DNA of 64,000 bases from an uncultured Candidatus Binatia bacterium (GCA_965218425.1 OZ244621.1:4320001-4384000), one strand, 5' to 3'; shown: positions 48,976-59,932, numbered from the stretch's first letter. The notes: generated by a model not told the origin, from the letters alone. Numbers and translations: made by a program.

Positions 48976-50373
48976 GTGGCGGATAATTTTGTTTGCCTCC
49001 TGGAGAAAACGGCTCGCCTCCACCCTGACAAAACAGCGTTGATTTGGCAGGGCGGCTCCCTCACCTACGGTGAGCTCCACGGTCGAGCATCGGGCCTCGC
49101 GGCGGAGCTCGCAAAGCGTGGCACCAAGCCTGGCGACAAAATTTGCATTCTACTTCCTAACCAGTGGACCTTTGTGGTGGCCCTGTTGGGCAGCCTCAAG
49201 CTGGGTGCCACCGTGACCCCCATAAGCGTTCTCCTCAAAGAGAAAGAACAAGCGGATATCCTCGCCGCACTCAAGCCAAAGGAAGTCGTAAGTGAGATCC
49301 AGTCAGGAGTGGCGCAATGGGAAACACCCAAGACCATAAAATTTCCTGCGCTGGTGACCTATAGCTCCGGCAGCAGCGGCCATCCAAAGGGTGCGGTCTT
49401 CACCCATGATGCGCTGACCTTTGCGGAACATTCTTGGGCCGGCCCCGTAATGAGTTTGATTCCCGACGACGTCGTTCTCGCAGTACTCCCTTTTCCTCAT
49501 TCTTTCGGTTTACATGGAGGGCTCTTGGCTCCACTCCTGATGGGCTCCACTGTTGCCATTGTGGAGAGATTTTCACCGGAAACGGTTCTGGAAACCATCG
49601 CCGCCCACCACGTAACTGTCTTCCCAGGAGTCGCTACCATGTTTCGGCGCACCCTGAGCTCTCCAAGCTTTGGTGTCACGGACTTATCCAGCCTCCGCCT
49701 TGCCGTCTCCGGCGCCGCGCCCTGTCCCTGGGAGTTGGCGGAAGAATGGCGGACTCGAACCGGCACGAGAATCCTGCGTGGCTATGGAATGACGGAGCTC
49801 TTTCGCCCCATCTCTCATCTCGCCGAGGACCCCACCGAGGCACCCGACGCCATCGGTCGGCCCGTTCCCGGGGTGGATGTGCGTTTGGTGGACGACGACG
49901 GGACACCGGTCCCCGCAGGCCAGATCGGTGAACTCTTGATCAAGAGTCCTGCCGCCATGGATGAATATCTCGGCGATCCTAAAGAGACGAAAGCGATGCT
50001 ACAGGAGGGTTGGTTCAAAACCGGCGACCTCGCCGTTCTCTTACCAAATGGTTTCATTCAAATTGCCGGAAGAAAAGAGGAACGGATACTCAGAGGCGGG
50101 TACTCAATTTTTCCTCAGGAGGTTGAGGCGGCGCTCCTCTCCCACCCGGCCGTTGCCGAAGCCGGCGTGATTGGGGTTCCCAGCTCCGACCTGGGAGAAG
50201 AAATTGCCGCTTTCGTGACCATCCGCAGCGGAGCCAAGACCACCGTGGAGGAGCTTGATACGCACTGCAGGGGTCGCCTCGCCGCCTACAAGTACCCACG
50301 CCAGATCACCATCCTCGAGAGCCTACCCAAGGGACCAACTGGAAAAATTATCAAATCGCGCCTGGGGAAATAA
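48976..50373 (+). CDS. ANL-superfamily acyl/aryl-CoA ligase
   Basis: YSSGSSGHPKG, GYGMTE, FKTGD, PQEVE, YKYP, TGKI. Confidence 0.9.
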   Translation: MADNFVCLLEKTARLHPDKTALIWQGGSLTYGELHGRASGLAAELAKRGTKPGDKICILLPNQWTFVVALLGSLKLGATVTPISVLLKEKEQADILAALKPKEVVSEIQSGVAQWETPKTIKFPALVTYSSGSSGHPKGAVFTHDALTFAEHSWAGPVMSLIPDDVVLAVLPFPHSFGLHGGLLAPLLMGSTVAIVERFSPETVLETIAAHHVTVFPGVATMFRRTLSSPSFGVTDLSSLRLAVSGAAPCPWELAEEWRTRTGTRILRGYGMTELFRPISHLAEDPTEAPDAIGRPVPGVDVRLVDDDGTPVPAGQIGELLIKSPAAMDEYLGDPKETKAMLQEGWFKTGDLAVLLPNGFIQIAGRKEERILRGGYSIFPQEVEAALLSHPAVAEAGVIGVPSSDLGEEIAAFVTIRSGAKTTVEELDTHCRGRLAAYKYPRQITILESLPKGPTGKIIKSRLGK

Positions 50374-50621
50374 TACTCAGACGGAAAGTCCACAAAGAGC
50401 ACGGATCTTCTTGCTAGCCCAAAGTCCAATTTCTTTCTTGACCCGTGAATCGTAAATAGTTTATGATTAACGCGCCTTGTTTTTAGCCTAATCAATTTTG
50501 CATGCGTCCCACGATCTCCTCCTAGTGTGTCCAGTTTTCCATCCGCATGAATCGACTCCAGCAAATGGTAGCACGCCGCCAGCCGTAGAGAACACAAAAA
50601 TCTTAAGTAAGGAGAACTGCA

Positions 50622-51200
50622 ATGCGTCAAGACAAGAGAATCAATCAATCGGAAACGTTTTTATTCGCGCTGCTGGTTCTTATTGCCATGGGCCTTTTCG
50701 CCCCGGGCTCGGCACCAGCGGATGGTGCAGGCGAGATCGATCGCAAGGTCAAAGAGTCTCTGAAAACGCTTTACGACACTACACCGGGAGCAAAGTTGTT
50801 GGGCAAAAATGCCAAAGGCGTACTGGTTTTCCCCAAGATTGTGAAGCTTGGTTTCTTGGCCGGCGGACAAATGGGCGATGGCGCCCTGCTTAAGGAAGGT
50901 AAACCAACCGATTACTATCGGTCCATTAGCGCCTCCTTTGGCCTTCAAGCAGGCCTTCAGGTATTCGATTACGTTTTGATGTTCATGGATGATGAGTCCC
51001 TCGACTATCTTAACAGGAGCTCGGGTTGGGATCTCGGCACGGGGCCTAGCGTGGTGGTTTTGAACAAGGGTTTTGCAGGGTCAGCAACCACCACTACTCT
51101 GCGAAAGGGCGTCTACGCTTTCATCTTCGACCAGCAAGGTGTCATGGCCGGGGTCGGGTTGCAGGGGACAAAGATCACCAAGATCAAGCCAAAACCATAG
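50622..51200 (+). CDS. Exported SYLF/YSC84-domain (lipid-binding) protein
   Basis: Signal peptide, AKGVLVFP, S.GLQAG.Q, G.MAG..L.G.KI. Confidence 0.85.
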   Translation: MRQDKRINQSETFLFALLVLIAMGLFAPGSAPADGAGEIDRKVKESLKTLYDTTPGAKLLGKNAKGVLVFPKIVKLGFLAGGQMGDGALLKEGKPTDYYRSISASFGLQAGLQVFDYVLMFMDDESLDYLNRSSGWDLGTGPSVVVLNKGFAGSATTTTLRKGVYAFIFDQQGVMAGVGLQGTKITKIKPKP

Positions 51201-51432
51201 TCCTACCACGACGTCTACCTATTCAAACCCAACAAGCCGTCAGGCTTGCATTGAAAATCCACGGGGTCCCATTGCCATCCGCAGGGCAATGGAATCTGTT
51301 CTCATAATCCGCCTGCCCTTTCGGACAAACAATTTGACATCCACTCCCTCTATGGATACTCTTTGCCGAAACGAACCTTGAGCGGGAAAAGTGTTTCCAC
51401 CGTGACTCAAACGTAGCCTGGATTCACCTCTC

Positions 51433-52623
51433 ATGGGTAGGGGTCGAAAAATGGGAACTAAAGAGCTTCGTGACATAGAACACACCGGCCCGGGAACCCC
51501 CGCAGGGCGGTATATGCGCGCCTACTGGCACCCCGTCCATCGCGCAGAGGACCTGCTCCCGGGTCGAGCCGTCCCCCTTCGAGTCATGAGCGAAGACTTC
51601 ACCCTCTACCGAGGCCAGAGCGGCACACCTCACCTCACGGCCCCACGCTGTGCCCATAGGGGCACACAGCTTTCCACGGGTTGGGTTGAGGAGGACAGCA
51701 TCCGCTGTCGCTACCACGGGTGGAAGTATAACGGCTCGGGTCAATGCGTGGAGCAACCGGGAGAAGAAGGCGCATTCGCCGAAAAGGTCAAGATTCCCAC
51801 TTTTCCAGTGCAGGAGTATCTCGGCCTCATCTTTGCCTACCTGGGAGAAGGAGCACCGCCCGCTTTCAGGCGCTACCCTCAATTCGAAGGTGCGGGTCTC
51901 CTCTTTACCCTGCCCCCTGAAAGCTGGCCCTGTAACTTCTTTAATCGCCTGGACAACGACCCTGACGCCTATCACGTGGTCTATACCCATACCGAATCCA
52001 TCCGTCGAGCAAAGCGGCAAAGCCGCTATACGAAACGCGAGACCACCGCAGAGCTAACCCCATACGGCCTCAGGACGGTGGTGCGCTTACCCGACTCTGA
52101 GATCGACTACCTTCATCAATACATGCCCAACGTGAACCAAATCCGAGTCCGCACCGGCATGGCCAGCGCTCCAGGACAAAAAGTGCTGGCGGTGTGGGAA
52201 GACCGGCTTACCTGGGCGGTTCCTCTGGACGACGAAAACAGTTACAGGTTCGAAATTAATCTGGTGGAAGTAAGCGGCGCCGCCGCCGAGGCTCTGGAAA
52301 AGACCCGGCGTGAGCAAACCGAAGGCGTCGGCGACCGCCTCAATCGGTTGGGTGACCGGATCTTGGCCGGCGAGCTGAGCATTGAGGACCTAGATCAAGA
52401 GCTGAGCACCTATGAGATTTTCCGGGTGGAGGACTATGTCACCCAAGTTGGGCAGGGGCGCATCGCTAATCGCTCAACGGAAACGCTCGCACGGCTTGAT
52501 ATGGGCGTGGTCCTTCGAAGAAAACTCTGGGAGCGGGAAATGAAGGCTCTGGCCGAGGGTAAACCGCTCACGGAGTGGATCATTCCCCCCCAACGGGACG
52601 ATTCTCCACCGGCTCAGATTTAA
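51433..52623 (+). CDS. Rieske non-heme iron oxygenase alpha subunit (LigX-like)
   Basis: CAHRGTQL, CRYHGW, DNDPDAYHVVYTH, EDYVTQVGQG. Confidence 0.92.
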   Translation: MGRGRKMGTKELRDIEHTGPGTPAGRYMRAYWHPVHRAEDLLPGRAVPLRVMSEDFTLYRGQSGTPHLTAPRCAHRGTQLSTGWVEEDSIRCRYHGWKYNGSGQCVEQPGEEGAFAEKVKIPTFPVQEYLGLIFAYLGEGAPPAFRRYPQFEGAGLLFTLPPESWPCNFFNRLDNDPDAYHVVYTHTESIRRAKRQSRYTKRETTAELTPYGLRTVVRLPDSEIDYLHQYMPNVNQIRVRTGMASAPGQKVLAVWEDRLTWAVPLDDENSYRFEINLVEVSGAAAEALEKTRREQTEGVGDRLNRLGDRILAGELSIEDLDQELSTYEIFRVEDYVTQVGQGRIANRSTETLARLDMGVVLRRKLWEREMKALAEGKPLTEWIIPPQRDDSPPAQI

Positions 52624-53023
52624 GCTGCCTGAGATAGAGACAGGCGGTAAAAGTAAAGAGCAAAGCGTCCTTGCGGATTCGGGATCACCGACCACAGGAC
52701 TACGGACTACAGAATTGAGAAAGTCAGTGAGCGGTTAGCAGCAAGAGAGCTCAGAGCTGACTGAACCCGTTCTTTCCTACCGCCTACACCCAACCCCCTC
52801 CACACTCAGAACTTAGCGCTTGTTACCCAGTACTACTCAAAGGCGCATTGCGCTTTGCCGATCCGTAGTCTGCGAAAATCTGCGGCTAATTGTTTCCCTT
52901 GCACCCGTTTCCCCACCTCCAGATCTCGTTACATCACGCTAGCTTATCCTGCCTCCGGTTGACATCATCCCCCCTAATCGATACCCTTTGCCCCATGAAG
53001 TTACAAAGGGAAAGATACTAACC

Positions 53024-54310
53024 ATGGCGCAGGCATCTCGTGAATTTCAAGTTTTTGCGAAACCGGTGGGTGCCATCTGCAACCTGGATTGTCACTACTG
53101 CTATTATTTAAAAAACGAGAAGCACTATCCAAAGGGTTCCTTTCGCATGAACGAGGAAACCCTGGAAAATTACATTATCCAGCATATTGAAGCTTGTCCC
53201 ACCCCGGAAATTCGATTCTCGTGGCATGGGGGGGAACCAACTCTGCTGGGCCTCGACTACTTTCGCGCCATCGTCCAACTACAGCGCAAGCATCAGCCTT
53301 CGGACCGTCAGATCGCTAACGGAATCCAGACCAACGGCACTTTTTTAAACGATGAGTGGTGCCGATTTTTCGCCGAGGAACAATTCAACGTCGGCATCAG
53401 CGTGGATGGTCCCCGGGAACTGCATGACAACTATCGAGTCACCAAGGGTCAGAAACCGACACACAATCAAGTGATGCGGGCCTATAGGCTGCTGAGGAAG
53501 CACAAGGTCTCAACGGATCTCCTTTGCGTGATCCACGACCAGAACGTTAGGCACCCCTCGACGGTTTATCGTTTTTTTAAGGGTATTGGGGCAGAGTATC
53601 TAACCTTTTTGCCCCTTGTGAACCGAGAAAAGAGATCTGATGGAAGCGTCACCTCCCACTCGGTTCCCGCCGAAGAATACGGCACTTTCCTATGTAGTGT
53701 TTTCAACGAATGGATCCGAAACGATGTAGGACGAATCATGGTGCAAATCTTCGATGAGGCGGCACGGCCAGCCTTTGGGATAGAGCACTCCCTGTGCATT
53801 TTTCGAGAGACCTGTGGCGATATTCCCATCCTCGAACACAACGGGGACGTGTATGCCTGCGACCACTACGTGGAGCCTGAGTACTACATCGGCAACGTCA
53901 ACGAAACACCACTGGCCGCGATGTTAGAGAGTGAGGCCCAGCAAAAGTTTGGTGAGGACAAGCGTGACTCGCTACCCCGTTATTGTCGCGAGTGCGAAGT
54001 GCGCGACATGTGTAACGGTGGCTGTCCAAAGGACCGCATTATCAAGACTCCAGACGGCGAGGACGGCTTGAACTACCTGTGCGTGGGTTTCAAAAAGTTC
54101 TTCAACTACAGTCGACCCTACTTGCAACAGATGGCCTCCCTCACCCGGAGCGGGCAACCCATAGAGCGGATGATGGCCATCATGCGCGCTCGGGACTTGG
54201 AAAACGCGCCTCCGAAAGTAGGCCGCAACGACCTCTGCCCCTGTGGCAGCGGCCGGAAGTATAAAAAGTGCTGCTTCGGGAAGTCCAGTCACCTTTCCGA
54301 AAGCGTGTAG
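53024..54310 (+). CDS. Anaerobic sulfatase maturase-like radical SAM/SPASM protein with C-terminal SEC-C motif
   Basis: [26 protein letters not shown], Cxx[25 protein letters not shown]. Confidence 0.92.
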   Translation: MAQASREFQVFAKPVGAICNLDCHYCYYLKNEKHYPKGSFRMNEETLENYIIQHIEACPTPEIRFSWHGGEPTLLGLDYFRAIVQLQRKHQPSDRQIANGIQTNGTFLNDEWCRFFAEEQFNVGISVDGPRELHDNYRVTKGQKPTHNQVMRAYRLLRKHKVSTDLLCVIHDQNVRHPSTVYRFFKGIGAEYLTFLPLVNREKRSDGSVTSHSVPAEEYGTFLCSVFNEWIRNDVGRIMVQIFDEAARPAFGIEHSLCIFRETCGDIPILEHNGDVYACDHYVEPEYYIGNVNETPLAAMLESEAQQKFGEDKRDSLPRYCRECEVRDMCNGGCPKDRIIKTPDGEDGLNYLCVGFKKFFNYSRPYLQQMASLTRSGQPIERMMAIMRARDLENAPPKVGRNDLCPCGSGRKYKKCCFGKSSHLSESV

Positions 54311-54559
54311 TAATTTTTCACCCCTGTTCATTTTCCGCTCCTATCACTGCCTGCTGGATCAATAGTTCTTTTTTCACCCATTGCGCTAACTCTCGGCTTG
54401 GGCCTGAGGGCGCTAAGTCGTATGTTTTAGGAAGGATTACCGGCCCAAATGGCACTCTTATCAGGCTGGAACTGTCCAAGATCAAGTGGTTACAACCTGG
54501 CATTCCTTTTGCCCAAAACATTCCCCGAGTGTGCAAGGTAAGCTCGAACCCCCATGGCA

Positions 54560-55018
54560 ACAAAGATTCTCATCGTAGAAGACAATCTGGATTTGATCGA
54601 TTTCCTGCAGGATCTGCTCCACAATCTGCAATACAATACAGGTGGAGAATCTCCCAATTTTCATTGCAGGAGAAATTAACGGAGACCGACCCATTTTGCA
54701 TGAAACAGCCGATGAGGGTCGGATTGCCGGCTATAACAGCGTCCAGAAAACCCTTGCCCCGTTCAGTCGAAGAACGGGCCTAAAGATAACTTTTTGTCAT
54801 CCCAACATCGCCGCAGCGGGCCGCTCTCCTTCGCCGACCTTACAAAGGGAGGATATCGCCATTGGTGATGCAAGAGAACCCGGGTCTTCTCAGGGTCTAC
54901 GGGGAGCGGGAGTCGGGTCTACTACTGGGAGCGGAGATGGTGGCGCCGGCCGGGGAGCACCTGGCGCATCTCCTCTCGTGGGTCATTCAAAAGGAAATGA
55001 CGGTATTTGAGGTCCATA
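54560..55018 (+). pseudogene. Fragmented dihydrolipoamide dehydrogenase-like (pyridine nucleotide-disulfide oxidoreductase) remnant, truncated at the IS
   Basis: IFIAGEI...PILHETADEGRIAGYN, ITF..PNIA..G and LLLGAEM..P.GEHLAHLL.W occur in different frames. Confidence 0.7.
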
Positions 55019-56642
55019 CGGTCTGTTGCCCAAACGTCGGTTCAATAGCGCAATAGATCCAATCGAGCTATAACGTGTTTGTTTGCTCAAGCTATGACGG
55101 CTTGCTGCAAGACCATTGGATGGGGGGCCGCAAAGCGAATGGCCGCCCTCGTTGCTGCAGCCAATACGGCTCTGGGTTTTGGCCGTGTATGAACAATCAT
55201 CAGCTGGATGTTGTGCACAACGGCAATCAAGTAATCCTGAATCTGAACCCGCCAACGACCACGCCACCGCGCTCGTTTCAGTCCGTATCGTTTCCCTTGA
55301 GCAAACGATCGTTCCATGAAATGCTGACGAACCTTGATATCTCTTCTTGCTGCTTGACTCCATGCCCGGCTACGCACGCTATCCAATATCTCCTGGCGCT
55401 CATGGCGTTTGATGGTTCGCCCCGCACTTTGACAGTGAGTGCATTGGAGCCGCAAGGCACACTGCTGACACACCCCGCGGCTCGTCACGTACTCAAACGC
55501 TTTGCGCTCCACCCAGTGCTTACGCCGCCTAAGCGGTTGCCCTGCCGGACATGTATAAGTGTCGGTTTCTGGGTCATAAACAAACATACTTTCAGGAAAT
55601 ATCTTGCTCCGACGCTCCTGCTTATCCTGAGTCTGTTTCAATACCGCAATGTGAGCCATTACCCCACGGTCATAGCACTCCAGAAAATTAGCTGTAGTCC
55701 CGTACTTGCTGTCGGCTACCACCACCTGGGCACTGCGTTGGGTATGGGCCTGATGATCCTTAAGGAGATCTGTCATGCGATGTGCTTCATTCTCATCCCC
55801 AGGGCCAACCATCGTCGCGGTAATCACCCCATACGCACCGTCAATCCCTCGGTGGGTCTGATAACGCAAATTAGAGTTCCCTTTCTTTCCCTTGCGTAGC
55901 ACCGAGGCATCTGGATCGGTCGCCGACACGTAGCGCTGGTTGACAACGTTTTGCCGGGCAGGGTTCTGCGGTGGATCCTCATGCTTGTCCTCTCTTGCCT
56001 GTTCCCGCTCCTCCAATCGCCCCTCCAACTCCTTGTATGCTGGCCTCAGGTAACGTTTAAGCCCCTGGGTGTCTATGATCGAGTGGCTCGATGCATCCGC
56101 AGCAATCAAACTGGAGTCGCAAAATAGCTTACTCCCGTCTACTAACCCGCTCTCCACACACTGCCACACTACTGGTTCGAAAAAGGAGCGAAACCACTCT
56201 ACCCCCCAACGCCTCCTCGCCTTGCTCAGAACGCTGTGGTCGGGTATCTCCGAATCCAACTCCAATCCCAGAAACCACAACCAGTCCAGCCGCTCCGGTA
56301 ATGTCGCCATCAACTCCCGCTCGCTACCAACGTTGTACAGCACCAAAAGCATCATCAGCTTTAATATCATTGGCGGTGCAATCGATACGTTGCCGTTGTA
56401 TCCATATCGATCCTTGACTTCTTGGTACACAAAATCAAAATCCACCATCCGTGCTACTTTGCGTAACACGTGGTCCGCTCGTATTCGTTTCTCCAGATTG
56501 ATCCCTGTGTAGAACAGTGAAGGCTGAGGGGGGGGTTGATGACCCATCATAGCTTTGCTCCCTAAGTACCGAAATAACTGAGAGCATTATAACCAGAGGG
56601 CTCTCTTAACGCATTAAAAATATCGATTTGGGCAACAGACCG
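55019..56642 (-). mobile_element. IS1182-family insertion sequence
   Basis: Perfect 16-bp terminal inverted repeat CGGTCTGTTGCCCAAA (55019-55034 / 56627-56642) around a transposase. Confidence 0.88.
55087..56550 (-). CDS. IS1182-family DDE transposase
   Basis: DHVLR, PDHSVLS, DSSLI, ADSKY, CPAG, ERSF..K. Confidence 0.9.
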   Translation of the reverse strand: MMGHQPPPQPSLFYTGINLEKRIRADHVLRKVARMVDFDFVYQEVKDRYGYNGNVSIAPPMILKLMMLLVLYNVGSERELMATLPERLDWLWFLGLELDSEIPDHSVLSKARRRWGVEWFRSFFEPVVWQCVESGLVDGSKLFCDSSLIAADASSHSIIDTQGLKRYLRPAYKELEGRLEEREQAREDKHEDPPQNPARQNVVNQRYVSATDPDASVLRKGKKGNSNLRYQTHRGIDGAYGVITATMVGPGDENEAHRMTDLLKDHQAHTQRSAQVVVADSKYGTTANFLECYDRGVMAHIAVLKQTQDKQERRSKIFPESMFVYDPETDTYTCPAGQPLRRRKHWVERKAFEYVTSRGVCQQCALRLQCTHCQSAGRTIKRHERQEILDSVRSRAWSQAARRDIKVRQHFMERSFAQGKRYGLKRARWRGRWRVQIQDYLIAVVHNIQLMIVHTRPKPRAVLAAATRAAIRFAAPHPMVLQQAVIA

Positions 56643-56869
56643 AATTAACCTGATATTACCTAGGCCCGTAATATACTGGTCAGTGTATAACTAGTCAGCC
56701 AGTCAGACGCCAATCGAAAAGCGAGAGCAATTAAGGGGTAACCATCTGGCAACATCACGCCGCGTAAACAGGAGAGGCATATGGTAACGGAAGAGAATTC
56801 CCGAAGGTGGAGCTGGTGGTACCACGGCACCCAGGAGAGAGACAAAGGTATGCTCGGAAAAGAGGAATT

Positions 56870-58130
56870 ATGATTACTAGGGAAGAGAATGAGCTTTTGT
56901 GCAGGGTTGGGCCAGGCACGCCTATGGGAGAGCTGCTGCGGCAGTACTGGAGCCCGGTGATTTTCTCATCGGAGTTGCAGACGGATGGCCCGCCAAAGCG
57001 GGTGCTGCTCCTCGGGGAGAATCTGATCGCTTTTCGGGAAACCCTGGGGCGGGTTGGGCTCCTGGCCGACAATTGCTCCCATCGGAGGGCTTCCCTTTTT
57101 TTGGGGCGCAATGAAGACGGAGGGTTGCGCTGTGTCTACCACGGGGGGAAGTATGACGTGGAAGGGCGGTGTGTAGATATGCCCAACGAGCCCCCGCAGA
57201 GCGACTTCAAGGAGAAGATCCATCATGTGGCCTATCCCTGTCAGGAGCATGGCGGGGTGATCTGGACCTAGATGGGACCGCGGCGGGAACCGTCGCCCTT
57301 CCCTGATTTGGAGTGGACGAAGCTGCCGCTGGAGAATCGCAACGTATCCCAGACCCTCCGCCAGTGTAATTGGATGCAGGGCTTGGAAGGGGACATCGAC
57401 ACAAGTCATCTCTATTTTCTGCACAGTCGGCTCGAGACTGACGACCACCGGCAGGTGGGGGCGTACCACCCGGACAAGTCACCGCGCTTGGAGGTGGTGC
57501 CCACCGACTATGGGGTGAAATACGGGGCACGGCGGATTCAGGACGAAAACAATTACTACTGGCGCATCACCCAGTTCATGATGCCCTTCCATACCCTGTT
57601 CCCGCCGGGCGGTGCCGCCGGAGTCCCAGGGCATATATGGGTACCCCTGGATGACTACAACCACATGGTGTGGAGCCTCATCTGGAAGCCGGACGGCCCA
57701 CTCCCGCCGGGGGCTACTTCGACCCTGGGTATATGGAACAGACCACCGATTGGCTGGGCCGGTGGCGGCATAGGCGAACGCAACCAACGATTTCATGATC
57801 GATCGGGAGAAGCAACGGACGGTTAGTTTCACTGGGATCCCCACAGTTCCTCTGCAAGACACGGCGGTGACCGAGAGCATGGGACCGATCTATGATCGAA
57901 GCAAGGAGCACCTGGGGACCAGCGATGCCATGATCATCGAGGTGCGACGAATTTTGATTAATGCGGCCAAGGCGCTGCGGGAGCAGGGGGTGACACCGCC
58001 CGGTGTTGATCATCCGGAGCTATACCGAGTCCGCTCCGCTTCCGTGGTTTTACCGAAAGAGGTGAGATGGCTAGAGGCCACGGAGGAGACGCTCAAGGCC
58101 TTCACCGGGCTGCCAGTAGCCTCCCTCTAA
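56870..58130 (+). pseudogene. Rieske oxygenase alpha subunit pseudogene
   Basis: In-frame TAG at 57269-57271 (IWT*MGP versus IFTYMGP in the paralog), frameshifts at about 57735-57775, and YHGW changed to YHGG. Confidence 0.88.
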
Positions 58131-58156
58131 AGAGCCAGGTACAGTAAGTATAGGGG

Positions 58157-59907
58157 ACATCCTATAGTCTCCTTGTCAAGTAATAATTTCTTGGCATTAG
58201 TTTTTCAATAGAATCAGCACATTGCAAATCCTGCCGGATTGATCACACACTTCTACACTAAGCCTGCACACAGGCTTTGATATTTTCTGGCGAGTCTCTC
58301 ACTACCTTCGAACTTAGCACCTCATCGTTACAAGTATTCGGTGTACCTGCTTTTAGTCACCCATCATCCCTTATCCAGGTTGCAAAGTTCAGTGAGAGGC
58401 CCCTGTATTGTCCCTCCCGAGGTCCTTGTTTGGCCTCTACGTTGCGTCTCGGGGTCCTCCCTCGCCAAGGTCAAATAGACTCTAGTCTATCTTCAAATAC
58501 GTCGGATCAAAAAACTCCTTTTTCTTCATCAACGTCCAGGCAATGATTAACATCTTAGCTGTCAACTTCACCCTCATCTTGGTCTTAATCCCTTTCTCCT
58601 TTTGCCGCCCTGTGAGTTTGTGGGTAAAATAGGCAGTAAAGTGCTTATCCTTGTTTGAGGCCACCAACGCTGCCTGGTACAACCCATAGCGCACCTCGAC
58701 CTTACCCTTCTTGGAAATACGCGGCGTGCTATCGGATGAATACTTTCCACTACGAGAAGCCGAAAGATCCAGACCCACCATCTTCAGCACTTGGCTGCCA
58801 CTACTAAAACGAAAAGGGTCTGCTATAGCGGCCAGCACCATGGCACAAACCAATGGGCCAAAACCAGGTATACTCAAAAGGTAAGGATAGGATTCAAACT
58901 GAAGGCAAATCTGCTTAATCTGCTCATCGGTTTCGCCAATCGTTTGGCGTACCTGCTTTAACAGACTGACCACCCTATCGGCTTCAAATTGAACCGACGG
59001 ACCGAACCGAGAGCCAATCGAAACCGCTGCCTTTTGCCATACGGCGGACAACCGACGTTGTTGGGCATAGGTTTGACCTCGGGTGTGAATCCTGCTTAGA
59101 AACTGTTCATAGTCTAAGCCCGATACCTCCACTGGGTCCAAACACCATTGGACAATCGCTAATCCCTCCTTTGCTGCCCAATGACAACACTGGTCTAACT
59201 CCGGGAAATACTGGGCCACCAGGTGATTGCGAATGCGTATCCTTAGCCCATGTTCGAGCTTCTTTAGCTTTCTTCTCATTGACAGAAGATTCCTTAACTC
59301 CCGAAGCTCCACACCGGGAAATTCGTAATACACGCACTTTCCCTGAGAAATCAGATCCGCAATGTTATCTGCGTCCTTGGTGTCGTGTTTGTCCCATCTA
59401 CCATCCAACAATGAGCGGTTCTTCTTCACGGCATCTGAAGCTACCAGGACCACCATATGCTGTTTCCTGATTAAGAACTCTCCCAGAGGTTTGTGATAGT
59501 TCGCTGTCGGTTCCAGCCCAAAAACTTCCTTCGTTAATCCGTGCCTAACTCTAACGGCCTCTACCTGCAATAAAAGCTTTTCAAATCCCTCTCTGTGGTT
59601 ATCGAAGACCAGTTGCTTATACAGCACCTTGCCTGTAGCCGTGCCCATAAAGGCATAGTGCCTGTCCTTGGCCACATCGATTCCCACGATCAGATACTCT
59701 GTTGAGCCACGAATCTCCTTTTTCAATTGACGAAATGCTTCGAGCCTGTTAGCTTCAAACCGTTCCATATTTAAACCTCCTGTGTATTAAGAATTTTATG
59801 GGTCGTACCTAAGTTCTTAGCAGGAGGTTTTTTTTATACAGCTATAAAATAACTTCCAATTATAATACCGTGCGGATCTATAACCCTGGTAAGCTATAAT
59901 ATATAAC
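58157..59907 (-). mobile_element. IS110-family element (ends approximate), with a long 3' non-coding end
   Basis: Transposase with AT-rich non-coding flanks. An outward-facing TTGACA lies near the 3' end (58174-58179). Confidence 0.65.
58482..59768 (-). CDS. IS110-family DEDD transposase/recombinase
   Basis: VGIDVAK, LEPT..Y, KHDTKDA, SIPGFG, SRSG, ISKKG. Confidence 0.93.
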   Translation of the reverse strand: MERFEANRLEAFRQLKKEIRGSTEYLIVGIDVAKDRHYAFMGTATGKVLYKQLVFDNHREGFEKLLLQVEAVRVRHGLTKEVFGLEPTANYHKPLGEFLIRKQHMVVLVASDAVKKNRSLLDGRWDKHDTKDADNIADLISQGKCVYYEFPGVELRELRNLLSMRRKLKKLEHGLRIRIRNHLVAQYFPELDQCCHWAAKEGLAIVQWCLDPVEVSGLDYEQFLSRIHTRGQTYAQQRRLSAVWQKAAVSIGSRFGPSVQFEADRVVSLLKQVRQTIGETDEQIKQICLQFESYPYLLSIPGFGPLVCAMVLAAIADPFRFSSGSQVLKMVGLDLSASRSGKYSSDSTPRISKKGKVEVRYGLYQAALVASNKDKHFTAYFTHKLTGRQKEKGIKTKMRVKLTAKMLIIAWTLMKKKEFFDPTYLKID

Positions 59908-59932
59908 GTTGCGACTTTCGTGGCTTTCCCGA

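Noticed and set aside
55075..55899. Long antisense ORFs (e.g. 55075..55899, 40736..41581, 39701..40495, 38356..39096, 30606..31331)
   Set aside because: They are shadows of well-supported genes on the opposite strand and have no motifs of their own.
21597..57271. In-frame stops (TAG 21597, TGA 33667, TAG 57269) as stop-codon recoding, Pyl or Sec
   Set aside because: They sit at apparent Trp, Trp and Tyr positions, each one base change away. TAG and TGA end many normal genes here, and two of the three genes carry other lesions.
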